Of a DNA stretch of 64,000 nt, positions 11,576 through 24,261 are shown one piece after another. The notes under the pieces are model-generated. The model saw only the letters and a list, made by a program, of their open reading frames with translations, was not told where the DNA came from and did not search any database. Where the stretch lies: positions 193,690,001 to 193,754,000 of the forward strand of contig NC_058368.1 of assembly GCF_018350175.1 (NCBI RefSeq), given 5' to 3'. Numbering within the stretch: position 1 is the first letter of the stretch; each line of letters begins with the position of its first letter. The position numbers were made by a program, and so were the translations under genes. This DNA is from Felis catus. Lineage: Eukaryota.

Positions 11576-11919
11576 GAAGATATACTGAGGAAAAAGGACC
11601 CATTGAAGATCTAGTATTTGGAACATTTGCTTCCCATCTGCTAAAACCTAATAAATGCTAAAATTCTCTGCCACTCAATGGCACTCTTAGAATATTACCT
11701 GTTTGTGGATTTGGGTCATAATGCCATACTTCAATTTGTGTATCAGATTTACAGGCTTTTGTGGAGGCCAATGCAGCCCATCAGGAGGCAACAAGAATCT
11801 GAATTCCAAGGCAAAGTATTAGCCTATTTGGCCTTGACTTCATTTCCTTTGACTCTTCAGGTGGATGTGAAAGGTCTCTAGTGCTTTCAAAATAGTTGAA
11901 CAAGGAGAGGCCCTTCCAA

Positions 11920-11994
11920 TTTTTTAATTAAGCAAGCTTTGACCTTCAAGGCTGTAATTGCTCTTGACATCTAACTTATTGCTTAATTAAAAAA
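11920..11994. repeat. Short palindromic element (16-bp perfect inverted arms), Eulor5/6-like termini
   Basis: TTTTTTAATTAAGCAA (11920-11935) / TTGCTTAATTAAAAAA (11979-11994), 43-nt spacer with internal TCAAG/CTTGA pairing. Confidence 0.6.
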
Positions 11995-12508
11995 AGGTGA
12001 AATATGAGACTTCACCTCTGGAAAAATAAAGAGTCATGCTGTTTCTATTTTTTCAAAGTCCCTCTTTTATCTGGAAGGTATGGGCTGAGGTTATCATTAG
12101 AGTAATGTCCAATTTCAGGGAGACAGGATCCAGCAGGCACCAAACCTGAGTTGAATCATTATCCTTCAGAAACAACTAGAGCTTATGAAATTATCAGGCA
12201 GAGAGAGAGAGAGAGAGAAACACACTAAATCATTTTGCTGAGTTATGTCAGAAGAAGAAACAATAAAAAATTAAGGATGATGGCACTTCAATGAGCAACT
12301 GAATAGGAATAATTATTTCCCCCATTTTAAAAACAAATATAAAATGATACCAATTTTCTCTCTTTATGTGCTTTTTTTTTGTGGCTTTTTAAGTGCCTTT
12401 GTATCTGCAGGAACAAATATTTGATGAGACCTTTTTCTTGACAGTCATTGAGGCTTTCAAATGATAATTTTTTTTAAGACCAACATATTTTCCTTTCTCC
12501 ATTTTCAG

Positions 12509-12566
12509 AAGGAGGAGTTAAAAAACAAACAAGCAAAAAAGATGAGATCAACAGAAAAAGGAAATT
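12509..12566 (+). other. Candidate 58-nt internal exon (KEELKNKQAKKMRSTEKGN or GGVKKQTSKKDEINRKRK)
   Basis: tttcctttctccattttcag|...GGAAATT|gtaagt; purine-rich body in unique DNA; two open frames; protein not recognised. Confidence 0.5.
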
Positions 12567-13099
12567 GTAAGTACGGAAGTCTAGATGATTTCTGTAGATT
12601 GTCTGAGTAACTTGGAAAATGTTTAGAAGTATTACTGTACCACTGCACCATTAAATGTGTTTGAGTGTTATAGTGACCTAACTAGGTAAATTAACTCCTC
12701 CTATTCATTGAAGAATTATCAGCCTTCTAGCTTAATTGGCTAGAATGACTCAACCACTCAACATAAAATTTGTAGTGATGAAATCATGGAATCCTAATAT
12801 GTTGGAGTAAGAAGAGGTCTTGGAGATCATTGATTCCAGATGCTTGTTTTTACAGATGCAGAAGCTGAGGCCAAGGAAAGGACATAGTAAGCATAATAGG
12901 TAGACAGTAGAACCAGATTAATTCAACCTTTCCTGACACCCTCCCCTCAATATAATGCCATTTTCCAATCACTTTAAGCATGAGATACTGTCTACATGGC
13001 CACGATAGTCATCTCTTCCAGATTTTCCCTTTTGGGAAAGAGAAATAAAGTTAGTTTTTTTCCTAGAAGATTAACATTTAGATTTAGGATCTTTTTTAA

Positions 13100-13100
13100 C

Positions 13101-13154
<54 letters not shown>
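13100..13154. repeat. (TG)n microsatellite
   Basis: Direct reading. Confidence 0.95.
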
Positions 13155-13894
13155 ATTTATAGTATTTGAGTGATGTCTTCTTTCACTAAACACTGTTCCA
13201 TAAAAATTTTCCAGTGTCATCAGTTTTATTTGAAAAAAAAATGATTTGGAGTTGTACCCCATTTTATTACATTTGAGATAGCATAATCTCCACTTATTGG
13301 ATATTTAACTTTAAAATAATACTTACATTTTTAAACAGTGATGGATACTTTTTATCAAAATTTGTGACATTATTGATTGTTTTCTTAGTATAGGTAGAAG
13401 AGAATACCTGGGGCAAAGGGCAAACCCATTTTTTTTTCTTTTTTTGACTTTTGACACATCGTGTTTTAGAGTCTTCAAAAGAGTCTAATAAATAGGACCC
13501 CTCTTTCCTTCCTAGATTCTGACAGTCAGAAAACAAAAAGTAAGGCAAATGGAAGTAAACAGTCACACATTTGTTAAGATTAGAGTGGAAGATATATCGT
13601 AGCTTAAGAGCCCATGAACTTCCTAACTATATCCCATGATTCAAATTGTGGAATGTAAGATTGGAAGAGAATGAATACCTACTTCCTGTGGGCACTGCAC
13701 TTATGAGAGAAAAAAAGGGAACAGTTGAAAGGAGCATGCATAACTTCTTTTCTCAAATTATCTGTTATATGAGTCACTCCATTTACTCTTGGTGTTGGTG
13801 CACCCATTAAATGAGAAGAAACATCTAGGAGTATCATACATATTAAAATTCTCTCTGCATGGAAGGATATATCAAGAGTGGAAGAAGTAGTGGG

Positions 13895-16015
13895 AGAAGG
13901 TTCAAGATGGCAACATAGGAAGATCCTGAGTTTACCCTCTCTCCTGGACACAACAAATCTACAAGTACATATGGAATAATTCCCTCTGAAGGGGACCTAG
14001 AAACTGGATGTGCAGAGACACCACAACAAGGGACAGCAATGAGACAGGTAGAAGAGGCAAAGATAAAATCCTTGTTAAGAAAAAAAAAAAGCCACACCTC
14101 AGGCGTGGAGTTCTGTAGTAGCAAAGGATCTCAGAGGTATGGACTTTTCTCTGAGGAGTGAGAGATTTGAGCTTCACATCAGATACCCCAATCCTTAGAT
14201 TCTGCACAGGAGAGATGAATCCCTAAAGCAACTGACTTTGAAAACCAATAAAGAATATGTCCAGGAAAACTGTAGAACTGTAGGGAAAGTAAAACCTGCT
14301 CTTAAAAGGCTAACATAGAGACTCACTCAACTCAGAAACCAGTACAAAAACAAAATCAAAGAACACAGAGACCATAGGTGAAGGAGACCCACTTACTAAA
14401 CTTGGAGTGCCTGCTGGAGAGGTGGGACATAGCTGGGACTATCCCTGGGGACTGAGACACTGGCAGCAGCCATTTTTGCTATCTCATCCTACTGAGCCAG
14501 GCACTGGTGGGATCCATTTTGGGAATCTTCCCTCTAGACTGCTAACAACCAGGGAGCTTGTCCTGATGAGAACTCTGCACCCCATGTGCCTTGGATGGTA
14601 CTCACAGCTGAGAAGATTATAACCCTACACACCAGTGTGCCTGTAGTAGTCACAGCCCCACCACAATTGGATGATGCATACAGCCCACATAAGGGACTCC
14701 CTTGGAACACCTAGACCTGGAGGGTGGGAGAACTGTGCTTCTGGGCCCTGAGCACAACTCCAATATAAGGTCATTCCTTCAAGGCTTGGATATGTAGCTG
14801 AACTACCTAATACATGGAAACAAACACAGAGAGTTAGGCAAAATGAGGAGACAGGAGAATATGTTCTAAATGAAAGAACAAGACAAGTCCTCAGAAAAAG
14901 AGTTAAACAAAATGAAGATAAGCAATCTACTCAATAGAGAATTCAAAGTAATGGTCATAGAGAGGCTTACTGAAGTCAAGAGGAGAATGGAAGAACACAA
15001 CAGAAATAGAAAACATAAAAAACAGAAAAGAGATAACAAAGACATAGAAAATATAAGAAACCCAATCAGAGGCATCTGGGTGGCTCAGTGGGTTAAGCAT
15101 CCAGCTCTGGATTTTGACTCTGGTCATGGTCTCACGGGTTTGTGAGTTCGAACCCCATGTCAGGCTCTGCACTGCCATTGCACCTGCCACCTGCTTGGGA
15201 TTCTCTCTCTCTCACTCTCTCTCTCTGCCCCTCCTCTGCTCATGCTCTCTCTTTCTCTCTCTCTCTCTCAAAATAAATAAACTTAAAAAAAGAGAAAGTC
15301 CCAATCAGAGCTGAATAATACAATAATAGAAATGGAAAATGCACTAGAAGGAATAAATAGCAGACTAGATGATACAAAAGGATGGATTAGTGATCTGGAA
15401 GACAGGGTAGTGGAAATCACTCAAACTCACAGAAGAGCAAGAAAAAAAGAAAAAGAAAAAGAATTTTTTAAAAATGAGAATAGCTTAAGTGTCCTGTGGG
15501 ACAACATCAAGTATACCAACATTCACATTACAGGGGATCTCTGATGGCAAAGAGAGAGAGAAAGGGCAGAAAAGTTATTTGAAGATATAATAGCTAAAAA
15601 CTCTCTTAACCTGGAAGTTTACAGACATACAGTTATGAAGCACAGGAAGTCCTAATCAATGAACCCAAAGAAATCTACACCAAGACACATTAAAATTAAA
15701 ATATAAAAAAGATAAAGAATCGTAAAAGCACCAAGAAAAAAGTAATTGGTTATGTCTGAAGAAATGCCCATATGGCTATCAGTTGATTTTTCAGCAGAAA
15801 ATTTGTAAGCCAGGAGGGAGTGACATAACATATTCAAAGTGCTGAAAGGAAAAAAAAATTGTTTTTTATAAAACAGTACTCTACTTGGTAACATTATCCT
15901 TCAAATTGAAGAAGAGATAAAGTTTCCCAGATAAGCAAAAGCTAAAGGAGTTCATCACCACTAAAATGGCTTTACAGGAAATATTAAAGGCATTTCTTTA
16001 AGTAGCAAAGAGAAG

Positions 16016-16053
<38 letters not shown>

Positions 16054-16625
16054 AAAAAATCTCACTGGTGAAGGCAAACGTATAGTATACATAATGGATC
16101 AACCACCTAGAAAGCTAGTATGAAGGTTGCAAAAAATTGTAAAATTGACTATATCTACAATGATTAGTTAAGGATACACAAGCATATATAAAATGGAAAC
16201 AAAAAGAAAGCTGGGGTAGCAATAATTATATCAGATAAAATAAAAGTTATAACAAGAGACAAAGGTCATTACATAAAGATAAAGGGATCAGAATCAGTCC
16301 AACAATAAGATATAACACTTGTAAATACGTGCATGTAATATCTTTTTCCATCTCTTCACTTTTAGTCTGTTTATCTTAAGATCTGAAGTGTGTCTTTAGA
16401 TATGAAGTAAGTCTCTTGTAGCCAGCATATAGATGGGTCTTATATTTTTATCCATTCATCTACCCTTTGTCTTTTTATTGGAACATTTAGTCCATTTATA
16501 TTTAAAGTAATTATTGATGGGTATGTATTTATTGCCATTTAGTTAATTGGTTATTTTGGGGTATTTTTTTTGTCTATTCCTTTCTTCTCTTGTTCTTGTC
16601 CTTTGTGATTTGATGACTTTTCTCT
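13895..16625 (+). mobile_element. L1 5' half (5'UTR, decayed ORF1, ORF2 start) with an inverted terminal block 16330-16625
   Basis: 5' end 'ggttcaagatggcaacataggaagatcctgag'; ORF1 remnants (MKEQDKSSEKELN..., MENALEGINSRLDD...); ORF2 N-terminal sequence appears reverse-complemented at 16330-16625. Confidence 0.88.
15069..15292 (+). mobile_element. Carnivore SINE nested in L1 ORF1
   Basis: SINE body; flanking repeat 'cccaatcaga' on both sides. Confidence 0.9.
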
Positions 16626-16659
16626 TGCAAGAGACGCTCAATGTAAAGTTCTGCTTGAG

Positions 16660-16845
16660 AAGTTTTCTCAAACTTGAGTGTGCATCAGAATCCCAAGAGG
16701 GCTTGTTAAAACAGTGATTTCTGGGAACTACCCCCATAGTTTTTGATTCTAAAGATCAGGAATAGGTCCTTAATATTTGCATTTCTAAAAGATTCCTAGG
16801 TGATGCTGATACTGCTGGTGGGGGTGGGGGGACTTGAAGAACCAC
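16660..16845. mobile_element. MER5A-like MITE
   Basis: 'ttctcaaacttgagtgtgcatcagaatc...tttgcatttctaaaagattcctaggtgatgctgat'. Confidence 0.8.
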
Positions 16846-18213
16846 TTCATATGTTATACTTTTTCAATTCTCTAAATGCACGTACATGTGCATGTGTGCA
16901 CGCATGTTTGTTTAAGTAGAGAGTAGTAAGGGGAAGTGAGAACAGGGGCAAATGTCTTATTTATCTCATAAACTCCTGTTCCTTGCACAGTGCAAACACT
17001 GTGCCTGAATTATGATTGGTATGTTATAAATATTTGTTAAATTAAATTTCTTGTACTTTGTGAAAATGTAATGCAGTACTCAATATGGTGAAAACGACCT
17101 GTCTTTCCAGAGGAAAGACATTTGAACTGACTCACATTTCTGCCAGAAAGGATTACTACTCAAGAGAAACAGAAGTTGTCTTTGTCTGTTTTCCCTAGCC
17201 CTGTGGCATTTAACATCTCTTTTGCTTCAACCAGGTTGAAGCCTGGAAGCACAGGGGAACAGAAACAAGGTAGCAAACTGAGTGTGATTTCTAGTTTGTG
17301 GGTGGACACACACACACACACACACACACAAAGTTTTTGATGTATGTAACAACAAGCATAAGGGAAAATGCATTGGCCGCTATTTTTCATATCTGATAAC
17401 TCTGAGAGTTCACTTCCTTCCGTTAGGCTAGTAGGTTTGTTATATTGTGTAGGCACATGATAAGCAAAAGGGCCTGGAGATCCTTAATCTTTGCTGTAGC
17501 TTCTGCCAGGTGAGGATATGATCCAAAAAGTCCAGTGTGCAGTGGCCACAGTAATAATAGTATTGTGTGTCTGATATTAAACTAAGAGCTTTACAGGGAT
17601 ATTTTTTTAATCCTCACAAAACCATATGATGTTTATATTGTTCTTTTTCCCATTTTGCCAGTTAAGATAATTAGGCAGAAAGTAAATAGCATGACTTAGC
17701 TATGTGGCTGGTGAGTCGTAGGTCCATGATTTGAACCCTGGTCTGTTTGACTACAGTTATCTTTACTTTCAACCATCAACTGTATTGCTTCCTGAGTGCA
17801 CACAGATATATCCCACAGAACAGGATAACTTAACTTACCCAGTGCCTACAGCAGAGATAAACTGAATCAGAAAGAAAGCAGGTGATTTTTCCAGTGTCAT
17901 ACCGTGAATTATCAATAGAATCATAAGTAGAACAAAGGTCTTCATGTTCCTTGAGTCAATGCAATGGTTTTCCTAGTTATGATATTCTTGTACTTAAGCA
18001 TCATTATTACTTTCTCATTCTCTTTGTGCTTCTCCATGACAACTGGGTGTCTTTTAGTCATCCCTCTCATGACTCAGTGCTGACATGATTTGTGCCCCAT
18101 CTATACTGACTTATGCTACAAGTCCACTTCCATTTCCTCCCCCCTATCCTTGTCAACTCAGTAGGCTTGAGTGTCTTCTCCAGTTATACTCATTTTAATT
18201 TACCTTCAAGCAG

Positions 18214-18289
18214 TTTATCCTGGATGTTGGTCTGATTCAGCCAAAATTTTAGGAGAAATGACAAGAACTCCATCTTGTCTATCTCATTG
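18214..18289 (+). other. Candidate 76-nt exon (YPGCWSDSAKILGEMTRTPSCLSH)
   Basis: ttaccttcaagcag|...CTCATTG|gtaagg; open in the phase left by the 12509 exon. Confidence 0.25.
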
Positions 18290-18499
18290 GTAAGGGAATG
18301 ATTCTGTAAAAGTCATGGAAGATCTTTGGCTCCCTCTTCTTCATTGTAAATAACTATCAAGAATGCCCAAAATGAACTTCTCAGGGCTTTCGTTACATGG
18401 ACAAATGACAACATTGGTCAGCCAATGATTGCAATCTGATATTCACTTATCTTGTTTAAATCTGGAGAAAACCTAGACAAGCTAGTACCAGTGTCATTA

Positions 18500-18502
18500 T
18501 TT

Positions 18503-18583
<81 letters not shown>

Positions 18584-18850
18584 TATCATCTATCTACCTA
18601 CCTACCTACCTACCTACCTACCTACCTACCTATCTTTCTATCACCTATCCATCCATCTATCTATTTTTATTCTAAGAGAGAGAGAGTGTGAGCAGGGTAG
18701 AGGGGCAACGGGAAAGAGAGAGAGAATCTTTATCAGGCTCCATGCTAAGTGCAGAGCCCAATGAGGAATTAAATCCCACAACCCTGGGACCATGACCTGA
18801 GCTGAAATTAAGAGTCAGAACCTCAACCAACTGAATCACCCAGGTGCCCC
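18500..18850 (-). mobile_element. Carnivore SINE with tail expanded into compound (TTTC)n(CTAC)n microsatellite
   Basis: SINE body 18670-18850; microsatellite 18501-18660. Confidence 0.88.
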
Positions 18851-19904
18851 TCCAGTGGCTTTATAATCATAACTTCTAAGACAAAGAAAGTACCCAAATT
18901 AAGAAAATTAAATTTTCTCTTATCTCCTGGAAATGCTATGTCATCCCTTTCTATCAGTATCCTATGGAAGTTTGGATGTGATCCCCCATTCTGCATTACC
19001 AGAGAGGGCAATATAATGAGCATAATGGTGATGATAATGATATCTTAATTGTATTACTGTTTTGGCCAGTGAGTGGAAAATAATGAATCCCAAGGAAAAT
19101 TGAAGATTTCTTAATTACCTAATTTCCCACCAACCTAAAATCAAAATACAATAAAATGCTTTCCGTGTTCTCTTAGATTCTTTTATTGGGTTAAAATTTT
19201 TCTAACCAACATTAGTAACTCCCAGTTCTGACTAATTATTTATGATAGAGACTCTGGACCTTATTAACCATAGGATCTTGGAACTATTGATTTTCTGGAG
19301 CAGTGCTTTCCAAATTCTAGTCCAAGAATGAGTGTTTGCATGATGTTTCCACTAGTTCCTGGTTAAATGAATAAATAAATCAGTACATTGGGTAGATTGC
19401 AAAAGTTGCCACTCCTTAGGCTCCTGCATGGGATCTCCATTAAGACTTGTCTGCTTTCTCACCATGGTATTACCTTACCACCAAGAACAGCATAGCACAC
19501 AACAAGCATTCAATACATGTCTTTTGAATAAATAAATGCAGTCTCCTACTTTGGTAAGTGCTGTTCTTTATTCTGTGATTGTGGGTGTTGTTTTTTTTGG
19601 TGTTAAAATGTCTTTTTTTTAAGGAAACAATGCTGATAGGTAAAAATTATTTTCAATTCCCTTACTTGTCAAAACTGAAGGCTAAGAATCCTATCTTGGT
19701 CATCAAAATTTGATTTTTAAAATTTCACTAGATTGAGAATATAACAACCTGGAAATCTTTGGTGTAATCTAATTTCTTTATGTAAAAATGGGAGAACTGC
19801 TGCTCAGGGAGAGGAAGTAGCTTGAATAAAACCCAAGTTATTGGATTATTATCAATTCCCCTGTGTCCCCTTTTATTTTATAAAATTATAATTATAGGTT
19901 GATT

Positions 19905-19905
19905 T

Positions 19906-19954
<49 letters not shown>

Positions 19955-19960
19955 TTTCTT
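19905..19960. repeat. (TTTC)n microsatellite
   Basis: Direct reading. Confidence 0.9.
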
Positions 19961-20189
19961 TTTCTTATTTTTTCATGATTCATTGTGTTCTCTGAAAGAA
20001 TATTGTAAGGTCCTTGAGAATGTGGATCATTTTACTTTATCTGACTTTATTGTAAGGTCCTTGAGAATGTGGATCATTCTTTACTTTATAGGGTTAACAA
20101 CACCCCTTGTTTGGGGTGCTATCCATGGAACTAAACTTCTACCTTGAATCCTGAGCTAAGTGGTATAGATAAAAACAAGGAAATTCTTT

Positions 20190-21766
20190 TTTTGGATATT
20201 ACCCTTATATGAAATATGGTTTACAAAATTCTTCCATTATCTTTTCATTTTGCTAATTATTTCTTTTGCTGTGCAGAAGCTTTTGAGTTTGATGTAGTCC
20301 CATTTGCTGATGTTTGCTTTTCTTGTTTATATTTTTTGGTGTCATTTAAAAAAAAATGTTTCCAAGACCAATATTGAGGATCTTCTTTTGTATGCTTTCT
20401 TCTAGGAGTTTTATGGTGTCAGGTCTTATGTTTAAGTCTTTGATGCATTTTGAGTTAATTTTTGTGAATAGTGTTAAGCTAGAAGTATAATTTAATTGTT
20501 ATGCATATATTTCTCCAGTGTTTCAGTACAATTTGTTGAAGAGACTGTCCTTTCCCTATTGTCTATTCTTTTTTTTTTTTAATGTTTATTTTTGAGAGAC
20601 AGAGCATGAGCAGGGGAAGTGCAGAGAAAGAGGACAAAATCCAAAGCAGACTCCAGGCTCTGAGCTGTTAGCACAAAGCCCCATGCAGGGCTCAAACCTA
20701 TGAACTGTGAGATCATGAACTGAACCAAAGTGTGACACTTGATCGATTGAGCCACCCAGGCACCCCATCCCCATTGTGTATTCTTGGCTTTCTTGTCAAG
20801 TATTAGTTTACTGTATCTGCTAGGCTTTATTTCTGGGCTCTCTATTCTGCTTCATTGGTCTATGTATATATATTTTTTGTGCCCATATGGTACTATTTTC
20901 ATTACAATGGCTTTGCAGTATAGTTTGAAAGCAGACAGCAACAAACACATGAAAAGAAGTTCAACATTACTAAACATCAAAGGAATGCAAATTCAAACCA
21001 CATAGAGATATCACCTCATACCTGTTTGAATGGCTATCATCAACAAGACAAAAGACAGCAGGTGCTGGGAGGATGTGGTGAAAAGACAGTGTTGGTGGCA
21101 ATGTAAATTGATCCAACCCCTATGGAAGACAATATCGAGTTTCCAAAAAAAGATACAAATTGATTTGTTGTATGATCCATCAATTCCATTTCTGGAAATG
21201 GGAGTGAAAGGAAAGGAAATGAAAACAGGAATTTGAAGCGATATGTACCCTCCCATGTTTATTGCAGCATGTTCACAATAGGCAAGCCATGGAAACAACT
21301 GAAATGTTCATCAATGGATGAATGGAAAAAAAAATATGTGATCTATATGCATAATAGAATATTATTCCACCATGAGAAAGGAAGATATCCTGCCATGGGT
21401 ATATCTCAAACACATTATGGTAAGTGATATAACTCAGACAGAGAAAGACAAATACTGTATGATATCATTTATATGTAGAATCTTAAAAAGTCAAACTTGT
21501 AAAAAATAGGGAGTAAAATGATGATTATGAAGGGATGCAAGTGAAGGGAAAAAATTGATGTTGTTTAAGAGAACAACCTGCAACAATTAGTAAATTAGCC
21601 ATAGAGATCTAATCACAGTGTAGTGAATATAGACAATATTGTACTATAAATATGCAATCTGATAATAAGTGGCCATCATATTATAGTATATAAATGTATC
21701 AAAGTCACACACTGTACATCTTAAACTTACACAATGATATATGTCAAATTCATTCAATAATTTAAA
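20190..21766 (+). mobile_element. L1 (L1MA9/L1_Carn-type) with 5' inversion
   Basis: 20190-20929 is antisense ORF2 ('gctgtgcagaagcttttgagtttgatgtagtcccatttg'); 20930-21766 is sense ORF2 C-terminus (HMKRSSTLLNIKGMQIQTT, CWWQCKLIQPLWK) and 3'UTR. Confidence 0.85.
20568..20766 (-). mobile_element. Carnivore SINE nested in L1
   Basis: SINE body flanked by 'tcccyattgtstattctt' duplication. Confidence 0.9.
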
Positions 21767-21806
21767 AAGAGCAAAGAGATCTTATTAATTGTCATCCTTG
21801 TTTCAG

Positions 21807-21878
21807 AATATAAATGAAGACAAGGAAAGTACGTCTAAACCTGACATGTAAATGGAGTAAAAATCTGATCAGTCTCAG
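21807..21878 (+). pseudogene. Candidate decayed 72-nt phase-0 exon (NINEDKESTSKPDM*ME*KSDQSQ)
   Basis: gtcatccttgtttcag|...GTCTCAG|gtagga; length multiple of 3; TAA at 21849 and 21858. Confidence 0.3.
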
Positions 21879-22200
21879 GTAGGAAAAAAAATTGATTTAC
21901 AACAGATCAATCAGTTCATAAAGGTGGATGAACACATAGAGCATTCACCTTGAACATGGATTTTGAGGCTAGGTTTGCAAAGGTGATTGATATCCCCTGC
22001 CAACCTACCCCTCAAAAATAAAAAAGAATAAAACGAGGCATTCTTTCTGCGATTTATTGAACACTGATACTGCAAGAAAAAAACGTTTCTAATATTTAAA
22101 CTAAAGATAAAATATGTATATATAAACACCTAAATTAAATGAACTTTACTAATGATGCAATGAACATTGGATAGATCTAGTAGGAAATATCATAGTTTAC

Positions 22201-22228
22201 TTTTTTTAGGTTTTTTTTAATGTTTATT

Positions 22229-22286
<58 letters not shown>

Positions 22287-22455
22287 TGAGCGAGCAGGGG
22301 AGGGACAGAGAGAGAGGGAGACACAGATTCTGAAGCAGGCTCCAGGCTCTGAGATGTCAGCACAGAGCCTGACGTGGGGCTCAAACCCACAAACTGTGAG
22401 ATCATAACCTGAAACGAAGTCAGATGCTTAACTGACTGAGCAACCCAGGTGTCCC
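22201..22455 (-). mobile_element. Felid SINE with long (GA)n
   Basis: TSD ATCATAGTTTAC. Confidence 0.93.
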
Positions 22456-24261
22456 AATCATAGTTTACATCTACACATTTGCTGTAGATGCCTGGCAAAA
22501 ATAATAGACCTCTCTTTAACTCTATTCGGTTATACCTTTTGTACTTTTCTACTTTACCTATTACTAATTATTCATAAAAATCTAATTAGTAATTTTGTTG
22601 AAAGCTCTCTTTACACTAATTAGTGAGAGTACTGAAATTGAGCTGATTTACTAAGGAATGTTCTTTCCCTGTCTGGTTGTAAGTCTGATTATATTTCATT
22701 TTTTGCTTCTAACTTCAATTGTAATTTCTTATGTAAGTTTATTCATGTTTCTTGTAAAAAAATGTTTTCTTATATCTCAAATAGCAGTATAGTAAGTAAA
22801 GCTTCCTCCTTTCCTTTGTTTTTTATATTATCTGAGTTTTATACTCTTGCATGCATTAATTGTGCAAATTAAAAAACACACAATGAAAATAAAAATAAAA
22901 TTAAGCCCTAATCCAGTAAAGGACCAAGTGCCTGTATTTTCTGCCTGACTCTAAATTTATCCATATTAATAAAAACAATTAAAATAAATAAAACCTGATT
23001 TAACTTGGGGTTTAATTTTACTGCATTTTTTTATTATTAATATATCTGGGACATTTAAATACAGCCCTAAATGTTGCTATAAGATAGATCATTAAGGATG
23101 AGCCCAGATGCCAACTTGGTTTTCACTGCAAAATGCCCATATGCCAAAAGGGTGGGGGCGTGGGTAATTTGGGCACCAGAAGCTCTGAGAAGACACATTC
23201 AGTATCAATGTTCCAATCAAACACTTGGCTATGAGCCCTTGGATGTCACTTGTCTTCCTCCTACTGCAGAATGTCAGCTGAGGAGAGCCTGTTCTTAAGA
23301 AGAAAAAAAGATAATAGAGAAAGAAGCAATCCTTCTGAAACTGGCTTGATGCGAGTTGCTTTCAGTGCAATTATAGCCTTAGGAGGTGAAGTCATCCAGT
23401 CAGGCTGCTGCTGACTGGGGGGCAAAGTACCCCATCCCAGTTCTGCTCAAAGGAACCTATTAATTTCCAGGAGAATAACAAAGCTCCTTGTATATATTTC
23501 ATAGAAATGGTTCTAATGGGTGAGGTCCAGCCCACTTGTGTGTTTCATCCACTTGTTCTCTGAGGACACATCTGACTTTATAAAGACAGCTTGAAATCTG
23601 TGTGTGTGTGTGCATGTGTGCGTGTTTAACTGTTTAGGGGTGGCCGTGGGACAGATTTATCAGAAAGATGTATAATGCCATGGCAAGAATTTCTGGTGAG
23701 TTTAATGCTGGTGAAATTCAGAAAAGGCTAAGTTTTACCTATTATTACAATTTTTATATCACATTTCCATTTACGAAGTGCTTTCATGTTGCAATCTCTA
23801 TATCCTAACAAAAATCCATTAATGCACTAAGACAGGCATAATTATCCCTATTTTTTCCTCAGATGATGCAACTAAGGTTACACTTCTTGCCTGAGGTCAC
23901 ATAGTTGCTAAGTGCACGGCCAGAACTCCAATATCTGACTCTTACCTGTAACTACGGTGTTCTTTCCCTATGCCCATATTGCTGACCGGTAACCATATAA
24001 TAACTTATTTGTTTGTCTTTATGTTAACTTTAAATTCTGAACTAGCTGTGAAATCTAATTTATCCTTTAATGGTCAGGACATATTTTTCCTCTGGTATAA
24101 AAAGTCAGTTTTTTCATAAAGTTGCAATAATAATACTTCTGACATTCAAATTGTTATCATGCAGATTATTTTATTTGGATTGCAGAACAACTCTGTGAGA
24201 TGATCAGGCAAGATGGAGTTCTTGTGACAGTTACTTTAGTGTCCATAACAGTTTATTTTCT

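Noticed and set aside
14870..15544. ORFs with real protein similarity (L1 ORF1p)
   Set aside because: Fragments of a dead L1 broken by a SINE and frameshifts, not host genes.
20001..20089. Direct repeats with a spacer, superficially CRISPR-like (also 35115-35175, 40531-40595)
   Set aside because: Only 2-3 units, no unique 30-40 nt spacers, mammalian context; simple tandem duplications.
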